DNA from: Pirellula staleyi DSM 6068
Lineage (GTDB): Bacteria; Planctomycetota; Planctomycetia; Pirellulales; Pirellulaceae
Assembly: GCA_000025185.1 (NCBI GenBank)
Contig: CP001848.1
Span: 360,001 to 392,000 of the forward strand
Direction: 5' to 3'
DNA: 32,000 nt
In this document: positions 26,248 through 32,000 of the stretch, one piece after another
How positions within the stretch are numbered: position 1 is the stretch's first letter
How the letters are laid out: the number at the start of each line of letters is the position of its first letter
Notes under the pieces: model-generated
Told to the model about the DNA's origin: nothing
Database searches by the model: none
What the model saw: only the letters and a program-made list of their open reading frames with translations
Translations under genes and position numbers: made by a program

Positions 26248-26956
26248 GGGTTTATTTACGTTGTTAGAATAAAGTGGTGTGTGAACGATAGTTGCTCAAG
26301 TCATTAGTATCTGTTGAGCTCTGGTCGATCTTTCGGCACATTGGTGCTGCATTCACTAGATCGCCCAAGGTTCGCTCAGTTTCCATGCCCAAAGAGAAGT
26401 GCATAAACGATCAGTGATACACAAGCGAACTCAAGTTGCACCTGCGTGGTGTGAAGTATGAAATTGTTCGCGAACAGAATCGGAACCGGTCCGTTGGGGG
26501 TAGGCGGGTTAAAAAATAGCAGTCATCAACTTTGGTCCTCTGTAGCCGAATAAAGTTGATTGCCAGCAATGCAATTATCGCGCCGTACTATCGGGGGATT
26601 TGCATACCCGCGTCCTAAAGCTTTGAAGCATAAGTAATTACTGATTCCTGTCCCCTTCTGCTGTGAAACTTTTCACGAAGCATCAATTTCAATTCGTGTT
26701 GAAAATGGCAGAAGTGTCTGTTCCAAATTGCCGGAGTGGCAGTTTTGCTTGTATGTCGAAAATTTCTTTGCACTTGCCTTACCGAACAGTCGCCATTTGT
26801 GTGATCGAATGAGGCCGGACTAAACTTTTTTGACCACTTCCCTAGATCAATCATCTAGTTTTTTGCGAAAACTGCAAAAAACGCTTGAAATGAGTGTGCG
26901 GATTTTGGTACTAGCTCGTTCGTTACTGGAATCATGGACGATTCGCGGGAGAGGCG

Positions 26957-28036
26957 ATGCTAGCGATTGAACAATGGGCTGAGGGGCGTTCGTTACTGCT
27001 GGCGATGGTCTCGCACATGATGGCAGTCAATGCGAGTGCTGCTTTCGATATCATCCAACTGGTTCGAAGCGAGGCCTTTCTTGCTCATCGTCGCGCCTCG
27101 GGTCTGCAGACTGCAGCTTGGCATGCTTGTTATCGCAAGCCCTTCAGTGTGGAAGCGGCAGCTCTCTCGGCAGTTCAATGTCTTGATGCAGGCATGAACG
27201 AGCAGGAAATTTCTGAAGACTGGCACGAGGTCTGCCATTTCGGTACTCCCTTATTCCTTCAGGAATTGACCCGATTATTGGTTTTCGGGGGTGTTACTCA
27301 GCGCGAGTATCGACTCTTTAGCAGACTGGCAAAGCGTTACTATCAACGGTCTCACTTGCCACTGATGCAGAAGATGTTGCGAGACGAGTGTCCTCCACTT
27401 CTGGATTCCGAGAGAGTGATGGCGAAGCCCGAGATTCTCTTCACTTTTTCAGTCGCTTTCCCCTGCTGGATTCACTTTCGCAAAACACCTTGGGAGTTGT
27501 ACCTAGCGGCAAGGTGTGGGGATTTTGAGGCTTTCGAGTCTCTGGCAAGGCTCGATTCCAGCATTCTCCAGGAGCCTCGTTTAGCCTCTCAAGCGGCTCG
27601 ACTAGCGCTTCATCATCCTGATCAGTCTCGGCTTCTTCTGAGGGCTGCTGAGCGTGGTATTTCTGACACGCTAACTCTGGCGAAAGTGAAGTTCTTCCTG
27701 GGTGGCTTTTTGTATTCCATGGCCGAACAGATGGAGAGATTCGCCAAACGGGAACCGATCTACGAAGCTGTTCTCCAAAGTGCTCAGCCAGGCTACGAAC
27801 GAGAAGTGCGTGGTTGGGTTAGCAAAGAGCGGCGAAAGATGGAGCGTGTAAAGACTGGTTGCCGCCTCACTTCGATGGATATTCGTAAGCTGTTCGATGC
27901 GGTCGCTCGGGATAAGGGGACTGGACTTGTCGATCCCGATTTTGATCAACAGCCCAATACCATACACCAGCGTTTGGCGCGTAACTGCTGGCCGGTGAGT
28001 GACTTGCTACAGAGTGACATTCGGCGCGCTGCGTGA
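26957..28036 (+). CDS. hypothetical protein (359 aa)
   Basis: A long ORF with no competing frame and no recognised motifs. First gene of the same-strand run leading to the Rep and recombinase genes. Confidence 0.55.
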   Translation: MLAIEQWAEGRSLLLAMVSHMMAVNASAAFDIIQLVRSEAFLAHRRASGLQTAAWHACYRKPFSVEAAALSAVQCLDAGMNEQEISEDWHEVCHFGTPLFLQELTRLLVFGGVTQREYRLFSRLAKRYYQRSHLPLMQKMLRDECPPLLDSERVMAKPEILFTFSVAFPCWIHFRKTPWELYLAARCGDFEAFESLARLDSSILQEPRLASQAARLALHHPDQSRLLLRAAERGISDTLTLAKVKFFLGGFLYSMAEQMERFAKREPIYEAVLQSAQPGYEREVRGWVSKERRKMERVKTGCRLTSMDIRKLFDAVARDKGTGLVDPDFDQQPNTIHQRLARNCWPVSDLLQSDIRRAA

Positions 28037-28077
28037 TGCGAGGGGCTTTCAGCCCTTGATTCGCGATCGTTGCTTCC

Positions 28078-29439
28078 ATGTCAAACCGGAAGCAAAAAAC
28101 ACCGATCGTGCCTCGCCAATACGGCGAATTTCTTGTCACAGAGGCCATTGTGGAGCGCCGCAAGCGTTCCAAGCGTCCTGAGAGCGCGAAGGCCTTGCCG
28201 CTTTTTGATGCGGCTGATGGTAAGCAGCCTGAAACGCCTTGGGCGTGCGAGCGGAGCAAGAGCGAGCGGGCGGAGCCCGCCGCACTGCCCGCCGCCGCAG
28301 GCGGTGGGCTCTTATTTCAATCTAATGCGCAATGCTGTGACAAAGATCCTTCTGAATCCCTGCCTTCTGTTTCCTCCCCTACTCCTACCCCCTCCTTCGA
28401 TTCCTTCCCTCCTGATCCTTCCGTCGTCTACTCCCTTGATGAAATTAGTCGTCCTCTAGGGACGAAACTCATCCTCCGTGGCTGTGGCTGTCGTAAGTGG
28501 CACTGTGCCGACTGTGGCCCAAGTATGGGCTGGCGGCTACAGTCGAAGCTGATCGAACGCGTAGGGCACTTTAAGAGCGTCCTGGGGATCACGCTCACCG
28601 TCGATGGGAGTTTGTTCGAAAGTCAGGAGCTGGCTTGGCAGTACGTGATGGAAGAACGCCTGCTTTCGCGGTTCCGTCGAGAGCTCGAACGCTTGGGCTA
28701 TCTCCACAGCAAGCATTACTTCTGGTCGATGGAGTTTCAGAAGAAAACCTTCCAGTCCCACTGGCACCTGCTTTTCGATGCTAAGCATGTCCCGTATGGC
28801 GTCGTCGTCGAAATCTGGAGTCGTTTTCGCCCGAAGTGGGCTCCTCCCCTCGCCGAGCCGATTACAGCGGAAAACTATCAAGGAAAGGCACCAGCGTTTG
28901 GAAGTGTCTGGATCAGTCCTCCTGGGCCAGCGCACAAGGCCGCCTTCTATGCCACGAAGTACTTGATCAAGCATCCCGCCGAGGGCTATCCCGATTGGGT
29001 GCTTGATCGTGTGGGACGGATGCCGAGGTTCGGGCATAGCAATGGGTTCTTCCCTCGTCCAAGCAACCACGATGCCAGCTGCTTCTGTGAAGAATGTCGT
29101 GGAGAACGGGCACCTTCCCCTGTCGCTAGTAAGCCGCGAAAGCCGAGTAGCCAGCCAGCAGCGCGCCGCCGTGAAGCAAAAACGATTCGAGAGCGAATTG
29201 CCGCGTGCAAAACTACTTGCTCCATCGTGGAAGTCGAGCAGCTTCAGCTTCCCGATGGGTCGGTGGTGGATGGTAAAGGCCGATATGGCGGAAAGCTCGA
29301 AATTCCCTACGCCGAAGTTCGCGAGTACATCGGAGCCGAAAACGATAAGCGGTCGGCCCTCGAAGTTGATCCATACACCCTCGATGAACTGCAAGCGAAA
29401 GCGAGAAGCAGTCAAGATCGTCAGGAGAATCCCTCATGA
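28078..29439 (+). CDS. HUH-type rolling-circle replication initiator-like protein with N-terminal Cys4 cluster
   Basis: Cys cluster GCGCRKWHCADCG, HUH motif SHWHLLFD, and a downstream tyrosine motif AAFYATKYLIKH (YxxKY..K). The order Zn-cluster > HUH > Y matches Rep proteins of integrative or conjugative elements and small replicons. The assignment is by motif, not by search. Confidence 0.65.
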   Translation: MSNRKQKTPIVPRQYGEFLVTEAIVERRKRSKRPESAKALPLFDAADGKQPETPWACERSKSERAEPAALPAAAGGGLLFQSNAQCCDKDPSESLPSVSSPTPTPSFDSFPPDPSVVYSLDEISRPLGTKLILRGCGCRKWHCADCGPSMGWRLQSKLIERVGHFKSVLGITLTVDGSLFESQELAWQYVMEERLLSRFRRELERLGYLHSKHYFWSMEFQKKTFQSHWHLLFDAKHVPYGVVVEIWSRFRPKWAPPLAEPITAENYQGKAPAFGSVWISPPGPAHKAAFYATKYLIKHPAEGYPDWVLDRVGRMPRFGHSNGFFPRPSNHDASCFCEECRGERAPSPVASKPRKPSSQPAARRREAKTIRERIAACKTTCSIVEVEQLQLPDGSVVDGKGRYGGKLEIPYAEVREYIGAENDKRSALEVDPYTLDELQAKARSSQDRQENPS

Positions 29440-29618
29440 TTTCTCCTGGTCCATCTCACGAATCTGTTTATCCCTCGTGGATCGATGCGAAACTCATCGA
29501 GCTGACGATTCTCACGTGGTCACCGTTCTACGGTCGCGAGTTGACTCGGCAAGAGGCGATCGAGATACTCGTCAACTTCGGCATGCTCATCGATACGATC
29601 AAGGCAGAAGAATCATGA
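29436..29618 (+). CDS. small protein (60 aa) translationally coupled between the Rep and recombinase genes
   Basis: ATGA overlaps occur at both ends: 29436-29439 with the Rep stop, and 29615-29618 with the recombinase start. No motif recognised. Confidence 0.5.
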   Translation: MISPGPSHESVYPSWIDAKLIELTILTWSPFYGRELTRQEAIEILVNFGMLIDTIKAEES

Positions 29619-31105
29619 AGCGATACGTGGCACTGGCGCGAGTTTCCAGCCGTGAGCAAGAGCGAGAAGGGTTTTCGCTCGAAGTGCAAGAGAGTGCTCT
29701 CGAAGGATTTGCCAAGCGCTCGGGCGGAGAGATAACGAAGCTCTATCGATTAGCGGAGACTGCCAGCAAGCAGGAAGCGCGAACGTCGTTTCGTGAACTC
29801 CTGGCCTATGCCCGTGAGCATGCTGCGAATCTGGACGGGGTTTTGTTCTACAAGGTCGACCGAGCGGCCCGAAATCTCTTCGACTACGTCGAACTCGAGC
29901 GACTCGAAGCCGACTATGGCTTGCCTGTGATCTACGTGGCACAGCCGACCGAAAATTCTCCTGCGGGAAGAATGCAGCGTCGAATTCTAGCCAATATGGC
30001 GACGTTCTACACCGAGCAGCAATCGGTGGATGTGCGTGAGGGGTTGGCTCGCCGAGTGCAAAGTGGCCTCTTCGTGGGCAAGGCTCCGTACGGCTACACC
30101 AACAAGCGACAGGATGGGCGGAGTGTTGTTGTCGTCGATCCGAAAGCAGCAGCTGCCGTTCGTCGTGCCTTCGAACTCTATGCCTATCACAGTCACACGC
30201 TCGATAGCCTCTCGGCACAACTCACGCGCGAGGGGTTCGAATACTCGCCTACTCATCCTGGGTTCGTACGCAGTAAGCTCCACATGATTCTGCGCGATCG
30301 TGCCTATCTCGGCGAAGTTCGGTATCGCGATGCCTGGCACCCTGGCGTTCATCCTCCGATTGTTCCTGGGGAGGTTTTCGAGCGGGTGCAAGAGCTGTTC
30401 GGGGTGAAGACCTACCATGCCAGTGAATCGGTCTACGGTGGTGCAATGATTCTTTGCGGCCACTGTGGCAAGCCCCTGGTGGTGGAAGTGAAGCGAAAGA
30501 CTTCCAAGACAGGGACACGCGAGTATCGGTACTATCGATGCGCTCGCTACAACGCCGAAGAGCATCCTCGCGTTCGTCTGGTGGAATCGGAACTAGATCG
30601 GCAAATGCTCGATCTGTTTCAGAGGATGCGAATCGAAGATGAGGGAGTTCGCCGCTGGGTGGTCGAAGTGCTTCGTGCAAAGTCCAAAACTGCGGAGCAA
30701 GATGCGACGGCTGAGCGCGATGAGCTGCAGCGAGAACTCGACGCTGTTCGGAAGCAGAAAGATCGATTGCTGAGCCTGCGTCTCCTTGATGAGATTGAAT
30801 CGGAGACTTTTGCCGCGAAGCAGTCGGAACTACGTTCCAAGGAAACGAAGCTGCAAACACGACTCGAAGGAACTTCTCGTCAGCAGTCGGAAAGAGGCGA
30901 TTTGGCGGTGAAAGTGTTTGAACTTTCGCAAGCTCTTGGGGCTAAATGGCTTGCGGCCGATATCGCAGAAAAGCGACTACTTCTAGAAATCGTCTGTTTG
31001 AACTTGAAGCTCGTCGACGTAACTCTAGTCCCAGCAATGAGAAAGCCCTTCGACATGCTCGCCGAAGGGCTTCTTGTCTCATCAAGTCGGGGTGACAGGA
31101 TTTGA
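29615..31105 (+). CDS. large serine recombinase (resolvase-domain + recombinase domain + zinc ribbon + coiled coil)
   Basis: MKRYVALARVSSREQEREGFSLEVQ carries the catalytic Ser motif. Further motifs: VDRAARN, GKAPYGYT, LRDRAYLGE, Zn ribbon CGHCG..YYRCARY, and a long coiled-coil tail. The real start is at 29615; the listed ORF from 29003 overlaps Rep in another frame. Confidence 0.92.
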   Translation: MKRYVALARVSSREQEREGFSLEVQESALEGFAKRSGGEITKLYRLAETASKQEARTSFRELLAYAREHAANLDGVLFYKVDRAARNLFDYVELERLEADYGLPVIYVAQPTENSPAGRMQRRILANMATFYTEQQSVDVREGLARRVQSGLFVGKAPYGYTNKRQDGRSVVVVDPKAAAAVRRAFELYAYHSHTLDSLSAQLTREGFEYSPTHPGFVRSKLHMILRDRAYLGEVRYRDAWHPGVHPPIVPGEVFERVQELFGVKTYHASESVYGGAMILCGHCGKPLVVEVKRKTSKTGTREYRYYRCARYNAEEHPRVRLVESELDRQMLDLFQRMRIEDEGVRRWVVEVLRAKSKTAEQDATAERDELQRELDAVRKQKDRLLSLRLLDEIESETFAAKQSELRSKETKLQTRLEGTSRQQSERGDLAVKVFELSQALGAKWLAADIAEKRLLLEIVCLNLKLVDVTLVPAMRKPFDMLAEGLLVSSSRGDRI

Positions 31106-31128
31106 ACCTACGGCATCTACATCCCGAA
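31087..31128 (-). other. tRNA-Pro(CGG)-like 3' half (anticodon loop to discriminator); not an intact tRNA gene
   Basis: The minus strand reads TTCGGGA TGTAG ATGCC GTAGG TTCAAAT CCTGT CACCCCG A. That parses as anticodon loop (CGG), 3' anticodon stem, variable loop, T-arm, 3' acceptor strand and discriminator. The 32 nt upstream cannot form the matching 5' acceptor (CGGGGTG), the D-arm or the 5' anticodon stem. It overlaps the last 19 nt of the recombinase ORF. Confidence 0.6.
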
Positions 31129-31287
31129 TGGTGGAGTGCAGCACTGTAGCAATGTGTAGTTATTTGTTGGCATTCGGGGAGAACTGACTGCAATTCAACT
31201 GAATGTGGTAGTTATCACAGAAGTAGGTGGAAATCGCAGATCTGCCGCGAATTTAGGCTGAAAAGTGGAGCGATAAAGTCCAAAATG

Positions 31288-31397
31288 CTACTTGTCATCC
31301 GCAAAGATCACGATGAAATTGGGCTTGGCTTTATCAGCACCAAAGACAGGCCACGCAAGCAGCAAAGCTGCTGCCGCGAATAGGAATGTACGAGTCA
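31288..31397 (-). pseudogene. 5' fragment of a second sulfatase gene (signal peptide + first motif only)
   Basis: MTRTFLFAAAALLLAWPVFGADKAKPNFIVIFADDK*. It has a signal peptide and the start of the sulfatase (I/L)xxADD motif. Similarity ends right after GATGAC (~31290). Confidence 0.7.
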
Positions 31398-31528
31398 TGG
31401 CGCATGTAATCCGTGTCAACTGGGAGAATCACTGATTGTAAACTGCTCAACATGCTGCCACCACTTTTTGGAGTTCAATTGCCAAATTGTGAAGTTCAGC
31501 GCAGCCGCGAAGTCGCGGTCCAATCCTA

Positions 31529-32000
31529 GAGCCTGTTATTGACTTATCTGCTTGAAATTGCTGTAGTTAGGGGATGAAACACACGACAGGGAAGTCGTAT
31601 CCCAGCGACGTAACGGATGCGGAGTGGGAATTCCTGCTCCCTTACTTAAGCCTCATGCGCGAGGATGTGCCGCAGCGCGCCTATTCACTGCGCGACCAGT
31701 TTAACGCCATGCGCTACGTGGTGAAAACAGGAATCCAGTGGGACTTCCTGCCGCATGAAATGCCTCCGTGGCGGGCCGTCTATCAACAAATGCGACGCTG
31801 GTTCGAAGCGGGAGTCTTTGAGGAAATTGCGCAAGACCTCAGGCTGATGGTGCGTCTTTTGGAAGGACGTGACGAACAGCCAACCGCTGTGATCATGGAT
31901 GCTCGAACGCTGCAATCGACTCCTGAAAGTGGAGGCCGCGCGGGATACGACGGCGCGAAGAAAAAGAAGGGTTCGAAGGCCAATATTGCCGTCGATACAC
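31529..32000 (+). mobile_element. IS5-superfamily insertion sequence, copy 3 (continues beyond window)
   Basis: The left end TA|GAGCCTGTTATTGACTT at 31527-31545 is identical to copy 2. The body is collinear with 19644 onward. Confidence 0.9.
31574..32000 (+). CDS. IS5-family transposase, apparently intact single frame (3' end beyond window)
   Basis: The ORF is open from the ATG at 31574 to the window end. Across the site where copies 1 and 2 are frameshifted it reads ..GGRAGYDGAKKKKGSKANIAVDT. This has the same spacing as the canonical IS5-family YDxxKKxKGxKxHxxVD block. Confidence 0.8.
   Translation, partial: MKHTTGKSYPSDVTDAEWEFLLPYLSLMREDVPQRAYSLRDQFNAMRYVVKTGIQWDFLPHEMPPWRAVYQQMRRWFEAGVFEEIAQDLRLMVRLLEGRDEQPTAVIMDARTLQSTPESGGRAGYDGAKKKKGSKANIAVDT

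Noticed and set aside
26615-26854. A 79-aa minus-strand ORF in the AT-rich leader.
   Set aside because: It has no motif and no convincing ribosome-binding site, and it sits in a region where AT-rich sequence rarely stays open by chance. It may be real, but it is unsupported, so I did not list it as a feature.
27221-27235. A sigma-54 promoter-like string, TGGCAC-N5-CTGC.
   Set aside because: It lies inside the 359-aa ORF, is not upstream of any gene start, and the -12 element is imperfect.
29003-29614. The 204-codon N-terminal extension of the listed 700-aa ORF that contains the serine recombinase.
   Set aside because: It overlaps the 3' part of the Rep-like gene in another frame and has no recombinase similarity. 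The canonical resolvase N-terminus (MKRYVALARVSSREQ) starts at the ATG at 29615, which is coupled by an ATGA overlap to the preceding ORF.
31087-31165. A complete tRNA gene on the minus strand.
   Set aside because: Only the 3' 42 nt fit a tRNA-Pro. The required 5' acceptor strand CGGGGTG, the D-arm and the 5' anticodon stem are absent from the upstream sequence (..ACTACACATTGCTACAGTGCTGCACTCCACCA).

Overview
This window is a mosaic accessory region that is heavily reworked by insertion sequences. The host is probably a planctomycete-type chromosome; that is only an inference from the formylglycine sulfatases, the GAF/sigma-54 activator and the IS types.

Left edge: a sigma-54-dependent activator whose 5' end lies off-window, and a sulfatase whose start was removed by an IS.

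About 28 kb of IS-bounded DNA follows:
- Three copies of one IS5-superfamily element: 3155-4005 on the minus strand, 19644-20494 on the plus strand, and 31529 to the window end on the plus strand. There are also two other decayed IS remnants.
- A PD-(D/E)xK nuclease / P-loop NTPase fusion gene at 4727-7147.
- A tightly packed six-gene operon at 8188-18376. It encodes two proteins with no motif I recognise, an active trypsin-fold protease, a paralogue whose nucleophile Ser is replaced by Ala, a 639-aa P-loop protein, and a 992-aa STAND-type NTPase with helical repeats.
- A multiply frameshifted, IS-truncated haem-c (CXXCH) gene preceded by a (GTGCTT)6 microsatellite.
- An integrative-element-like module at about 22.1-31.3 kb. 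It carries an orphan Xre/DUF2384-type antitoxin, a frameshifted DUF932-like gene, an AT-rich cassette with an MBL-fold hydrolase and a 4-TM protein, an HUH-type Rep, and a large serine recombinase. The recombinase 3' end overlaps a tRNA-Pro-like 3' half, and a truncated sulfatase 5' fragment lies next to it.

The best candidate for an undescribed system is the six-gene operon. The two proteases and both NTPases share a ~90-aa helical module at opposite termini, in an adaptor-like arrangement. This resembles STAND / effector-associated-domain / CARD-linked protease systems, but with unknown proteins where an effector would sit.

No rRNA, intact tRNA or CRISPR array was seen. All calls come from reading the sequence and the ORF translations; no database search was possible. 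IS-remnant boundaries and some start codons are approximate.
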